Assembly (NCBI GenBank): GCA_023213395.1
Contig: CM041465.1
Span: 71,307,741 to 71,371,740, forward strand
Direction: 5' to 3'
From: Cycas panzhihuaensis
Taxonomy: Eukaryota > Plantae > Cycadophyta
DNA: 64,000 nucleotides
Shown here in pieces: positions 13,463 to 27,309 of the stretch (position 1 is the stretch's first letter; every line of letters starts with the position of its first letter). The position numbers and the translations under genes were made by a program. The notes under the pieces are model-generated. The model did no database searches and was not told where the DNA came from. It saw only the letters and a list, made by a program, of their open reading frames with translations.

Positions 13463-14345
13463 TGTTGTGATTTAAGATAACTATAAAAGTTAATAAAATT
13501 ATTAATTTTAATTATTAAAAAATAATTTTAATATTATTAGGGTGTAGATTGATTATTATTATTGTTAGTGTAGACTTTATCAATCTAAGAGTGTTAATAG
13601 GAACTTCTTACAGTTCATGCTATAGTTCTTCAATATTCTACCAATCTAGAAATCCAAAATTGGGGATTTGTATAATAAAACCTCATTTGTAAAACCCATG
13701 CCTACAGTTGCGACTGAAACATGTAACTAAGAATTTGGCTTGGGAATCTTAGACTATATTACCTATTCATGGCAAAGATCACCTTTAAAGGAAGACCAAA
13801 TAGAAAATAGAAACATCATCGAGAATATGTGAAGTCTTAAGGAACCCTATATTTCCCAAATTATATTGTTGCCTAGAGAAATAAATCAAGCCCCACAAAT
13901 ACATAGCATCAAAATTTGAAGTCAATACTTGTTGTTACTCTTGGGAAGAAGTGGTTGTAGTTAGTTGTAAGTAACTTGTGATTAACCACATCCAAATGTT
14001 TTATCATCATAGAAAAAGTCCATGCACAAACCAAATAATCTTTAATTATTTTTGTATTTACCCTCATCCCATAAACCAGAGTAAATATCCCTTAGTGAAG
14101 TTCATTGAAGATGCCTATCGGCACAATTATTAGAAGTCAATTTTATTATTAAGAAGTTAATTTTTTTAAGAATGGTCAAATTTGACACCTATAAATAAAG
14201 AATTATTATTTATTTGTAAATCATCTTTTATAAATTAATTCATTTGAAGTTTTTTTACCATTTGAGTCTTAAGAGCCTTTATTTCAGCTTTCTTATTGAT
14301 TTTCCTTCTTGCTCTATGAAATTAATCCCCTTTAGGATCACTTCA
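13463..14345 (+). repeat. 5' LTR of chromovirus (long form)
   Basis: TGTTG...GATCACTTCA; both ends match 35484-35770. Confidence 0.8.
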
Positions 14346-15039
14346 AATAGTATCAAAGCTTCATTTTAGTGTATCAAGGATCTGCACTTTCTAAAGTATA
14401 AACAAGAAAAAAAATTGAGAAAAAAAATCATGAATTTGAATCAATCATGCATGTTTTGCAAACTTTGAGTGGTTATACTACAAGCTTTGTAGTGAAATTA
14501 CAAAAATTACAAGGAATTTAATTTTAGCCTATTGTTTGTCATTGTCATTAGGACCCAAAATCTACTACTGTAACTTCAAATGCCTATAACTACAAGGCCA
14601 TAACTTCTATTACAAGTATCAAATTTCAATTTCTTCTAAAGTGTTAGAATCCAGATTTAAGAGACCATCTTTTGAGCTGTTAGGAAATTCATATCAATGA
14701 AAAAATGAGGTGAAAATTTTAGTGATAGTGGAAGAACAATGGAATTTCACTCAAAATACTGAAAACTTGAGATAATTAAATATCCAAAAAGAATGGACTC
14801 AAAATTTTATTCCTTTAAATTAGAACTCCAAAGGGATACAGAAGATACTCATAAATAGCTAGATATAATACAACAAGAATTGGCCCATACTTAAGAGAAG
14901 TTTAATAATAACATGCACAATCTAAGTAGATTGAGAGAAATTATGACCACCTCCAAATATCTTGAAATGGAAGGAGACTTAAGGGATCAAATTGAAAAGA
15001 AAGATACAATAATGACCGAAGGGAATATATAAGAAATAA

Positions 15040-17376
15040 CGACCCTCAACGACCATTTTTTTTTTATAATTTTTAGATGACAACTTATTCATAGGGTGAT
15101 GAAATTGAAACAGATGAATGGCTAGCAAAAATAGAAAATGTCATTGGGTCACCACGTATTAGTGACACCAATGATCAAATCAACTTTGTTATAAACCACC
15201 TTAAGGGATCTATGTACAAATGGGCAATGTTATGAAAAGGGAGAGGTAAAACTCACAATTTCAAACATTTTGTAGAAGCCTTTAAAGCACAAACAAATAT
15301 TAGAGTGCCTTACCCCATGTCCAATTGGCACACTACTTTCAAAAGGCATGATTTGTCAAATAGTATATGGATGAGTTTGAAAAACTCCACTTAAAAGTTG
15401 GAATTACTTCTGAGGACATGCTCCTATATGACAATATTAATCTACAATTCGAGATTTATAAGAACATTCATCGTTTCACCGCAAACACCTTTAATAAGGC
15501 CATCACATTAGCAAGACAATCTAAATCATGGCTCTAAAATACTTAAAGGGGATCCCAAACAATTGTCTGCCAATTGAAACATAAGATAATAGGTCCAACC
15601 AGCTAAGGATTCTCAAGACATCAAAACATTAACCCTAACACAAATGAGTCAATAGGGGTAGCATAGAATGCTAAAGATATAAAAAGAGCTAAAAAAAAGA
15701 ACACTCTCAATATGTCATAATTGTAAGAAACAATGGTTAAGGGACATAAGTGTGCCAATAAGAAACTATACAATGTGGAATTAGATATCGAAAAGGAAGA
15801 AATAGAATGCCTGCAAGGACTAAAGGAAGAATAAGATGATGAAGAAATAAATCAATTAAAGGAGTTAGATGATGGCTAGCCTATAGTCTTCTTATTAGCC
15901 ATGCCAAGGATAACACCACTTAATACCATCAAACTACTTGGATACCTTAAAAAGGATAAGGAAATCATTCTCGTCGATTTAGGCAACACCCATAATTTCA
16001 GTGATACACAAAACCCTAAAAGGTTAGGGCTATGTGTGAAAAAAAAAAGAGTTCAAAATCTCACTTTGAGGAAACCAACTCTTACCATGCCATGGCAAGG
16101 TCAAACATCAATAACTATATATAGGAAATTACAGAGTTTCTGTAGATTATTATACCTTCAACATCAATGGTTTTGATATAGTCTTGGGAGTTGAATGGTT
16201 GAGAATGTTAGGGACTTATTCCCTAAACCACGATGAAAATTTTATTAAGTTTAATTCCAAGTAAAAGAAATACAAATTAAATAGTATTAATACCTCAAAA
16301 TCAAAATCGTATATGCAAAAGAGATGGGAAAATTACTTCATAAAGGGCATGTTGGGTTCATTGCAATGTTATACTCTACGTAAATAGAGAACCCTAAGAA
16401 TGAACTATGATCAAAACAAGATTTATAAGAGTGATTTCCTCATAGACCATTACTAAAATGTTTTCCAAGAGATACTAAAGACTCTAGCACCGATTCGAAA
16501 CATTGAACATATAATTGAGTTGGAACTAGGGAGGGGGCCTACTATCGTCTACCCATATCATTATGAGCATAAGGAAAAGACAAAAAATGAGAGACTCACT
16601 CAAGATTTATTGGATTTTGGTATCATAATCCTACACAAAAGCCCTTACACAACACCTATTGTCTTAAGTAAAAAAAATAATGAGTCTTTTCAAATGTGTG
16701 TTGATTATAATCCCTAAATAGAATGATGCTAAAAAATAAATACCCCATGCCACACATGGATGACATTACAAATGAGTTGCATGGAGCCAATTTTTCAAAA
16801 GCGATTTATATTTTGGATATTATTAGATATTGATATGATCCCAAGATAGAGAAAATAGCTTTTTAAATGCACCAAGGGCTATATAAGTTTAAGGTGATGT
16901 CATTTGGGATAACCAATGTTCAAGTAAATATGAATCATGTATTTACGCATTTTCTGAAAAGGTTTATCATAGTCTTACTTAATGATATTTTTATCTATAA
17001 CAAGGCCTGACAATAACATTTGGTATACATTCAACAAACATTTTAGGTCCTCTAAGACAACCAATTTTTCATGAAGAAATCAAAGTGTTATTTTAGAAGG
17101 AGCACCCTTGAATATCTCAAACATATCATTTTAGAAGACAGAATTAGAGTTGGCCCCACAAAAATATAAGGCATTCTCAGCTAGCCCATACTAAAAGATG
17201 CATCAAAAGTCAGGGGATTTATAGGGATCACAGGATATTAATGAACATTCATCAAAAGACATGTTGATATAGTTGAACCCCTAACTAACCTTAACAAGAA
17301 GGATAACTTTAACTAGGATAAATAATATGTTGATTAAAATTTCAAGAAATTAAAAAGGACTATCATCATTGTACTA
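15040..17376 (+). pseudogene. Chromovirus gag-PR-RT, frameshifted
   Basis: LVDLGNTHNF; SPYTTPIVLSKK..QMCVDY. Confidence 0.8.
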
Positions 17377-17499
17377 TTTTTTTTTTTTAAGTAAATATAT
17401 ATGTCGTTAAATTATAAAGTCAAATATAATAAAAGAGACTAAAAAGCCCAATTATCAAGTAGATCTACTAACCTCATCTTTTGCATGCAAAGCACACAA

Positions 17500-20400
17500 A
17501 ATTGCAGTATTAATATGGAGGTTTTTCTTAAGGTTTTTCTGGAGGGAAGTAAAGCAAGTATTGTAGGACACCCATAATCGCAAATCATTTCTTATATGTC
17601 TAAAAGTTTGATTAAAGGAATGGACTATTTTTTGAAAATAAGTCATGGTACGGATTTTCTAAATTTCGTGCAAGATGGTATTGAGGAGAAAAACCCATAG
17701 GTCTATCAAGTGATAGCAAGTTGCGAACCAACCATGAGCCATAGCCCAACTCCCTTTTATAAGCCAAAAATAAAGAGATAAATGACTAATTTGGATTTCG
17801 GTGAAGCCTTGGTCCAGATTAAAGATCTCAAAGGCGATCCACCAAATCTCGTGGATTGGAGGACAGTGTCATCAAATATGATGAAAGTTGTCATTATGAG
17901 CACCACACACATGACAGCAAGATTAATGATTTAAATTCCATTGATCCCACGTGTCTTGAAAAATGAAGGCCTTATGCAAAATTCTCTAGTGAATCACATT
18001 ATGTTTAGGTTGTGCTTTCTTCTACCATATTCACCCCCATTCAGCTCAAAGTTGGATGAGACGATAATGTTGACTATGAAGCAGGTAGTAGAATTCTAAA
18101 GAATCAAACACTTGACCCCTGGAAATGACCTGAGGCCTTCCTCCTCCTCAAGATCCTTCGAGGCAATAAGACGATCCACTTGTCACATGAAAAAATTGAG
18201 TCTATCATCTATTTGCAAGAGCAAAGGTTTGGGCTGGGGATTAATCCCCATCATAAGCTCAACAAAATCCTTCCATTGAAGCTAATTGAAGCCATGTAAC
18301 TGAGCCACAGTAAGCCAATTATAAGAACTAACTAAAGAATTGAATTAAAAGAGTGAAATCCTCCTGATTAACTAGTAGAGAAAACCCTGGAAGCATCCAT
18401 TTGTCAGTCCAAAAATTGACTTGAAACCCAGTTAATCCTAGAGAATATATAACGTTATAGTGGAGACTATCCTAAGCTTCCACCATGTGGGTCCAAATTG
18501 TGGATCCTTTATTAAGATGGTTGGGCGCTGCCAACATCTATTTAGTTGAAAGCGCTAAATAATATTTCCTCCTAATTATATGAGCCCATTTATCATTTTC
18601 TCTATTCTATAGGTCCCATAATCGCTTTGCCCCTCTTACCTTAGCCATGATAAAAGGGTGTTTAAGACCAAGGCCACCCGACCCTTATGATCTAACACAG
18701 TGCTCCACTTCACTAGGCATGCTTCCACTGACCAAGGTTTCCAAAGAAATCTAATGAACAAACTTTGAATAGTTGATAGCATTGCTTTGGGAGCTTGAAT
18801 GATGGACATTAGACAATTAGGCATGGGGTCAATTCTATTAGACTTCGACGACCTGCTAGGTTAAGATATTTGGTAGATTAAGCATCTAACTTCTTCTTGA
18901 TTTTTAAAATATAAGGATGCCAATTAGCAATTTTTAGTCTGGAAAGACCCATAGGGATGCCTAGGTATTTGAAGATCGTAGATCTAGGGGCAATTAGAAC
19001 TCCCAAGGCAATTGCCAAATTTAATTGGCCCTCTATATCTACTTCGTTGAAGATAATACTAGATTTACTATTATTGGTCTTCATCCCTGCTACGAGACTA
19101 AAAATACTAAGCGCTTGACACTAGACGTTGATTTCTATATGCAAAGGATAGCCTAATAATATGGTATCGTCTACGAAGATCTAGTGTGTAGTTACCTATG
19201 TTCCATCAATAGAAACCCCTTCGAGAAGACCCACAAACTAGAGCCAAAATAATAGAGAAGAGAAGCCATCCATGGTGATCACGAAGAAATAAGGAGATAG
19301 GGGGCAACCTTGGTGAATTTCTTTACTAGTATAAATAAGGCACTCGGGTCAGCCATGGATTTTTATGGCCATTGAAACCAAAGAAATCATGGCTTTGATC
19401 TAAACAATATGGTCTTTTTATAATCCCTCTTAGGAAGGAATGGCTAAAAGAAAGTCCCATTCCAATGTGTTATAAGCCTCATTGATGTCCAATTTAAGAA
19501 GAGTAACTTATTGCCTTTTGTTTGTATAGTATGAAGAGCCTCAGTAATCATAGTTATAATGTATGTTATACGATGACCTTTGATGAAAGCTATTTGATTT
19601 TCATTTACAATCTAAGAAAAAAACTCTTTGAGTTGGTTAGCTAAGACTTTGGCTATAATCTTGTATGCAATGTTGCAAAGGCTTATGGGTCTTCACTAGT
19701 AAATGGTGGATGTAGTACCACTTTTAGGGATCGAAGATACCATAGTTGCGTTGATAGTTGAATGCATTTTACCTATACAACGAGCCTCTTCTACTACTTC
19801 TACTAGCAGTTGAGGCACCTCATTAGAGTCTATAGCCAAAAGGAACTCCATAGGTATTCTATCTGGGCCTAGAGATTTATCTATAGGAAGCTTCATCATG
19901 ATTTTGTGAATTTGCTCCTTGATAATCGATCTCCTGAGAGAGTCATTTAAATTTCTACTACACTCCTCAAGGATAGGGTTCACCTTGGAGAGAATGATTT
20001 GGGCAGCATTAGCCCTAACAATAAAGAAGCCTTGAGTGGACCACAATCTATCAAAATGATGGTAAATCTCCCCTTGGATGTTGTGACGTGAATACATGGT
20101 CTCTGTGGAAGAAACTTGCAGGCACTTAAGAGACTATTGATGTTATCATATTTTTGCATAGTGATTAAAAAATTTAGAATTATGATCGGCATGTGATTTC
20201 CATTGAATATTAGACCAGGCTCTCCATTTATTTACTTCTTGTTGTTGCATTCGAAGAAATTGGTCATTTAAGTCAATAAGTTTTGAATGGAGATCGAGTG
20301 AGCCTTTGCCTTCTTCAAAATCCTTTTGGATATCATGAATTGCAATCAACAAGGATTCCCTTTGTTCCTCAAATTAGTGTTTACGATCTTTACCAAACAA

Positions 20401-21310
20401 CTTGATGCAGGATTTGAGACCCTTCATAACCGTTGTCCATTGAGCACTAGGGTTGTCTAAACCTTATGAGCTAGTATATAGTTCCTCCCACCATTGATGC
20501 AGAGCAGTCGTAAAGTCATCCAATTTAAGAAAACTTGTGTTGAATTTAAAAATTGTCTTCCTTGTGATTGTGGAGGCAACCCCAACAAAAAATTAGATTT
20601 TGATGGGGGTATTATCAAATATCATGACCACGTTTACTGAAACATATTGATATTGATCAATGAGTTGGCTAAGAGAGTTAGATATGTAGACTTTGTCCAA
20701 TCTTTCAACTATGTGACTGCTACCCTACCTATTGTTGGTCCAAGTAAAATTTAGAGGCCCCTTCCACAGAAGCTCAGAAAGGCCTAGGACATCTTTAAGA
20801 TCGACAAATGATGAATTATCTCTTTGATAAGGTCTTTTAAATTTACTACTTGATTTGTTGTTAGGGAATTCCACAAAATTGAAGTCCCCCAGAACTAATA
20901 TATGGTCATGATCTACTTGATTGTTAATTAGAACATCAGTCAGAGCTTGCCACAAATTGTGTCTGATGCGAGCATTAGTGGAGGGGCATAGACCCCAATG
21001 ACCCAGCAAATGAATTGATCCTTTTCCATTTTCAAACATAGCCAATCTTGAAAGCGACTTTCAATTTAATGCAGAAAATTCCACCAGTTGTTCCATAGAA
21101 TGCAAATTCCTCCGACGGGTTGAACAAGAAGAATTACTTTCCATTGAGCAAATGATCAGATACTACGGATAGTATGTTGCATGCCACTTTCACACACAAT
21201 ATGGGTTTCTAACAAGACCAAAAAATGAGGATGATGTTGTCAAACTAAATGTTTAGCTCTACGCGCTTTTAAAAGTGGGGGAGACCAATTCCCCTAATGT
21301 TCTAGGCCAT
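17500..21310 (-). pseudogene. LINE ORF2 (APE endonuclease, RT, zf-RVT)
   Basis: A*NIRG start; LGDFN; FTWTNNR; KSLGPDRIP; FKYLGIPM; CHVCG..HH..DCP. Confidence 0.9.
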
Positions 21311-21329
21311 TATTGAAGTTATTTATGTC

Positions 21330-22720
21330 CATCTGATTGGGAAGAATTAATGTGCGCTAGGGATTTGAGTCGGGTGTGATGCAGAGTATCTACATTATTG
21401 GGCACATGTTGCTGAAGTTGATCATCATTCATTCTCCTTTGAGAATCTTAACCATTAGGTTTCTGGAACATGGTCCAAAGATTCTACTTCCTCCATAAGC
21501 ATATCAGATGAGTTGTCTCGAGGGAGCCCTAATAAAGGCGTCACAGCCATTTTAGGTGTATGTTTTTAGGTTGATGAAGCAGCCTTTAGCATTTTCTTAA
21601 GTTGATCTCTAGAATCATTAAAATTTGAATGCGAGACATGTGCACTCACGAGGTGACCTTTACCTTTGTTTCATGATCATTTAGATACTAGAGTCCACCT
21701 TTCTTCTTCTCTTGCCTGAGGTAGAGCTATGTTTTGATGATGAGTGGCGCTTTCAATGCAAATTTATATAATTTTCTCATTGTTAATAAAGTTGTTCCCC
21801 GCTAACCGCTTCTTCTCCTTGCTAGCTTTATTGGCAACTAGCTGGGAAGTGGGCCTTTGGTCTAGAATGACTTCATCTCTCTAGGGATCTAAAGTAGAGG
21901 GCATTTGAAATAGATGACAAAATTTGCACACATGACCAATGTTATGACAACAGTGCATCTGAATGAAACTCTTTCATAATTCAGATTAATTTTGATTGAC
22001 CTATTTGTAACTTTAATAAATAAGTATTCTTTAAGCGATTTAGTCATGTCTAGCTCAACACACACTTTAGTCGTCCCCTAGTAGTGTGGTCTAAGGTGTT
22101 TGAATCTAACTTAATAACCTTGCCCAACATGGAGCTGATTTTGATTAAGCATTCCCACTCTCTGAACTCATCAGTAAAGAATGGCAATCAGATCTAAACT
22201 GTGATTTTTACTCGAATCAAACATAGGAGACTAATATTGAAGGGCTAGTCCCGAGTTCTGCATGAATTAGGGACACCTCCGTATATAACGTTTTCCAAAT
22301 CTGTTGTATTTGAAAAGAATATATTGAAAAAACTTTCCCTTTTAGTTCAAATACAACTTTGCTAGAAAGAATGGGTGCCTATATTGCTTTTGCCCATTCT
22401 TCAAGGGACCATGTGGGAGGATATAGATTATTAAATTTGTCAATAAGAGTTTTTGCCTGTAATTCCACGCAGATGCTTTCGATATCCTCAATTGAAAATG
22501 TAATGGTATTCATTTCATAATCCACTATTCTTAATAAATTGTTTAAGAGGTCCTCATTTGTAGTATTGTTTCAGTTTTTGAATTGAGGAACCTGGGCCTA
22601 AGATGTTGGTGCAAGAGGATTAAGGAGGAAAAAGTCATGAACTTCATTGAGAAGATTATTCTGTTGCTTGGTTGATAAACCAAGTTGAGCGTGTATCCTT
22701 CTAAGGCAGTCCTAAAGGGG
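21330..22720 (-). pseudogene. LINE ORF1 (DUF4283-like plus CCHC knuckle)
   Basis: CHNIGHVCKFC near 21920-21960; positioned upstream of ORF2. Confidence 0.65.
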
Positions 22721-23233
22721 TTCAAAGACCCAAATTGATTGGGGCCTCAAATCCTGCCTGTTATTTTGTACTGGAGCAGAGCCTTCCTCCATTGGGACCA
22801 AAACTAGGGAAAACCGAAAGAAAACCCTCCATAAATTAATGACAAGAAAAATTGAAACAAAATTTTTGAAGGGACAACAAAGCTTACCTCTGATCCCAAG
22901 ACTTAGGTTGTAAATCTAAGTAGAAAATTCACTTGCAAACACTAACATTGACATGTAACAACATGCTACCCTAAGACAAGAAGGAGAACAAGCTAATGCA
23001 CTAGGACAAGGTAGCAATCTTCTATCCAAGAGCCTCAGTTGCATATTGAAGAAAAAAACTTGTAGAAGCATTTGTAGTCGCATGCAGCCTGTGAAGCAGG
23101 GAGAGAGATCCAACTTATCAAGATATGGCAGAACAGAAATCTTTGTTTAGTCTCTCTAGTGCAAAGAAGAGTGTTGGCCTCATTTTCAAGGCCAAATGAG
23201 TTGTTATTGCGATTGAGGCACCTATGAACGCAG

Positions 23234-23600
23234 TGTTGGGATAACCCCTAATGTTCCTATGAAGTTGTGCACCTAAGGCGCCTCAAAGCCACCTTTGAGG
23301 CTCCCTAGGGCACCTAGATATGCACACCAAGCCTCTTAGAGCCACTAGATGCCGACCCATTATCCTTAAGGTATGTGTTTATGTTTTTTAATTGTATTTT
23401 TTAATATTAATTTGAATTGTTGTTGGATATTGTGCAGGTCAGGTTGAGGTGCTTGTCGCCTCCCCAAATAACTTATAAATGGGGTGAGAATACCTACCTA
23501 GTATGTTTTTTAACACCACCCAATATTTAATAGATTATATGTTAACTCACGCGCAATGATCTCACCATTGTAGTCCTGCTCTACATCTTTGCATCATTCA
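23234..23600 (+). repeat. Copia 5' LTR (367 bp)
   Basis: TGTTGGG...CATTCA, TATA-like TTATAAAT at about 23473, followed by Met PBS. Confidence 0.92.
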
Positions 23601-26337
23601 TTTGGTATTAGAGCTCACGGTGCATCAACGACAAGCTCATATTGTAATTTTATTGATTATTATCTTATATACTAAAGCTTACTTTAAAGTTTATTTGAAT
23701 ATTTGATATATTGATCGTGAACAGACTCCATTTGGTGATTGTATGCTCTGTTGGAAGTTTTAATCCCATTTTTGTGTAACAAAGCCAATTTTATGTAAGG
23801 TATTAAAGATACGACAAGAATCTCTAAAATTTTTCATTGATTTTTTCAAAGTTTCAATTCAGTTTTTAGTTCACAAAGGTAACCAAAACTTCAAAGGAGT
23901 CCAACTCTCAATCCGGTGCTCGTAACTATATCAAGTGACTACTCATTTCAATCGTAGTCAAGTCATCTTTATAACGAAGGAAATGGCTCGTCATTTCGTG
24001 GACCAAGAGCATAGATATTCTTCTTGGACCACTAGGTACTCTCATTAACTACTCAAACCCCACTGCCTGCTTTATGTTTATTTGTTCTGAGTTATTTATC
24101 ACTATTTTTCTTAATTATTTTTAAGATTCATGGGTGCCCAAACCCTGCACCCATGTTAGAACTGATTTGGCATCCCTCTTGCCCTCTGTGGAGCCGTATG
24201 ACTTTATCACATTATCCTTTTCTGTTTCACTTTAAAAGTCATAAGTTTTTGACTCATTTTCGACTGTGATCCACTGTTGTGGATCCTTTGCACCTTCTAA
24301 ATCCCTTGTAGCCTGCCCTTGATCGACTACGACTCTGATTCAATGATTTGCATTGTATTTTTTGTCCCTCTGATTCGTCAAATCGTACCTAGCAGCTACA
24401 CATTGTTCATACTCCTTATTTTATTTTTTATTATATAAAAATTAAGTTTTTTAAAGCTTTTTCCCTTCGATCCTTTAGTGGGGATCCTTGGCACCTTGGT
24501 GTGATCCCTTTTCGATTGATTTCGATCAGTTTCAATCACCTAGTAATCGTCCTCTGTTTGACGTTTTTCGCAGCGGCGTTGTATAACATCAAAAAAAATT
24601 TTTTTTATAAAATTTATTTTTTAATCAAATTCATTTGTATATAGTTTGAGATCCGACGGCATGTGATTAGTGGCAAGCCCCTTCGGAGTTTGGCCCCCAA
24701 CCCTGTGCTCCTTTATGTGATCTTCAGCTTTTTTAAAAGGGCTTACTTCATTTTTTTATATATAAAGTTTATTTATATTTTTCTTTATAAAGTTACTAGC
24801 ACATTTTCCACCATAACTCCGCACCAGATTAGCGGTTTTCAATGAAACTAGTCTCATCGTGATTGTGACTCCGCGAGCTTCACTGTGGACTAGACATTTA
24901 TTAGATTTGGACTTTTTTTTATCAAGTTTTAATAGTTTGAAGTGACATATTTTTTCAGCATCTATTTTATTAACTATAAAAAGGTCCCTTCATTGTTTTC
25001 ACTATAACTTTCGCATCTGATATCCATTTTTTGAACCATCTACTTTGTTAAAAAGTTGGTTCAACCCTCTTCGTGTTAATATATTTTTTTAAAGTGATTT
25101 GAAGTTGTTTTATAGATATTTAAGGTTTGTGAAGTTAAAGTACTTAATCAAACTTAGTTCTTCATTATTCAGCATCTTTTGAAACTATTTCTTCAAATTT
25201 TTTTGACATAAGTCACATTAAAAGATCTCTAATCTGTATGTGAGTGGTTTTACATCTTTCCATAAAAATATAATCTGATTTTTACAATATTTTAGCCTTG
25301 TGGCTCATGTTCAAGCCCTAAAAAGGGTCCATGTACTTAGTCTTTAATATCTTGAGTTGCAGGAGTCAGTTTTCTGAACGATTGAATCCATCGAAAAGGT
25401 TATTCAATATTCTTCAGTTTGAAACAAGTTTCAATCAAATTTGACATCATTTGGTAAGTATTTGAAACCAGTTATCTTTAACTTCCTATTTAGCTCTTAT
25501 AGGTCTTATCTTATAACTTTTTAAGTATTACATTATCTCAAAAGGGTTATATCTATATTATTGATCACTAATAGTTTATTCTTAAAACTATTATTGTTTT
25601 TTTACTTCTTTTTTTTTTTTTTGCATTTTTCAAGTCTTTTTTATAGGAAGAAACTAGATTTTCAGCACTTCAAGCTATCTGCAAACTAAGTGGAACTACC
25701 TTATCAAACGAGTATAATTTGTGTTATATTTGTTCATTTTCTATATTTCTGAGGAAACTTGTTATTTTTAGATATTTCTATCATCTTAAGCAAAGGTTAT
25801 ACTTCAGATTTTTAGTTTTTTTTACTACTTTCAAAAGGGTATACTTCTTTCAGAATGATAGCTAATCATCTCTATAATCTAGCATACTTCATCTTACATT
25901 GATATAAAGGTCATTCATTTTACTTTAGCTACTTATTAGCTTTGAAATATTCAAACCTAGTTAAAGAATATCATTGAATATCTAGTTTTTTCATCATTAA
26001 AGACAATTAGATTTCAGATTTGCATAGTTAAAGCATCAAAAGAGCATTTAGATCCTTATTTCTCTACATAATATCAAGTTGAAAACCATGGTGTATATCA
26101 TTTAGCATTATTTTGATTGATTAAAAAGGAAAAGGCATATTTGTTGATTTATCTGATTTACTAACATTTAAAGGAAAAGTTATTACTTGCATTGTTTTCA
26201 AAATTTTTGAAAGATATCTTTATTTTATTTGTTTATTCTTGCTTAGTGAATATTGTTTTTCTTTTTAATTACTTTTTTTTTGGTATAAAAAGAATTTTTT
26301 TTTAAACTCTAAGCAATACCATAAGCATTAATCAAAA

Positions 26338-27012
26338 TATTATCATATTAAAAAAATAATTTCTGAATTGAACATCCTTATTTTTTAGCCTTGCAAGGGG
26401 AATGGTTATGACCCCTGAAGTTACCACCTCGTACATGCTAATTGGTCTACTCATATTGGATGAGAAAAACCATTAACTATCAAGTATATTCGGTGGCACG
26501 CTGAGGTGCAGAACCTTTTTCTCATTTGGTATTTAGAAACCAAGGCTAAACCTGGAGAAGGTGAGTGCCTTGATTCGAGTAAGCCTCACCACTAGATCTA
26601 TCGCTAGGCATAAGTCTAGTGTAAGTGGGTCCACAATTCAATGGGAGTGTAAAAACTTTCTTAATAGCCCACGTATTATTATATTAAAAAAATAATTCTC
26701 AAATTAAACATCCTTATTTTTTAGCCTTGTAAGGGGAATGGTTAGGACCCCTGAAGTTACCACCTCGTACACACTAATTGGTCTATTCATATTAGATGAG
26801 AAAAATCATTAGCTATCAGGTGTATTCGGTGGCATGCTGAGGTGCAGAACATTTTCCTCATTTGGTATTTAGAAACTAAGGCTAAACCTGAAGAGGGTGA
26901 GTGCCTTGATTCCAGCAAGCTTCACCACTAGATCTGTTGCTACGCATAAGTCGGGCACAAGTGGGTCCACAATTCAAGGGGGATGTAAAAACCTTCTTAA
27001 TAGCCCACGTAT
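26338..27012 (+). repeat. Tandem duplication (two units of about 336 bp) in Copia leader
   Basis: Units start ATATTAAAAAAATAATT and end AATAGCCCACGTATT. Confidence 0.92.
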
Positions 27013-27309
27013 TGAGATATATCGACCCTTAAACTCACATACCGGTATATTGGATCCATATTTTGCCATTTGTAGGCAAGTGCCACTAGACAGGATAGTA
27101 ATTGAAGGTTTCCCTTAGAGACCCCTAAACTTAGAGCCTAGTAGCCTTATTAAGTACTAGTTCATTTTTTTTTAACTTTGGGCAAAAGTTGGGATATTGA
27201 AACTTAGTTCAAACTTCAAATTCAAACTCTTGTAAACTTCAAACTCAAACTCTTATAAACTTCATTTTTTATTTGTCACATTTTTTAACCAAAAAAAACT
27301 TAGCTTAAT

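Noticed and set aside
26338-27012. Hammerhead ribozyme / retrozyme
   Set aside because: No CTGANGA...GAAA core with the required stems was found.
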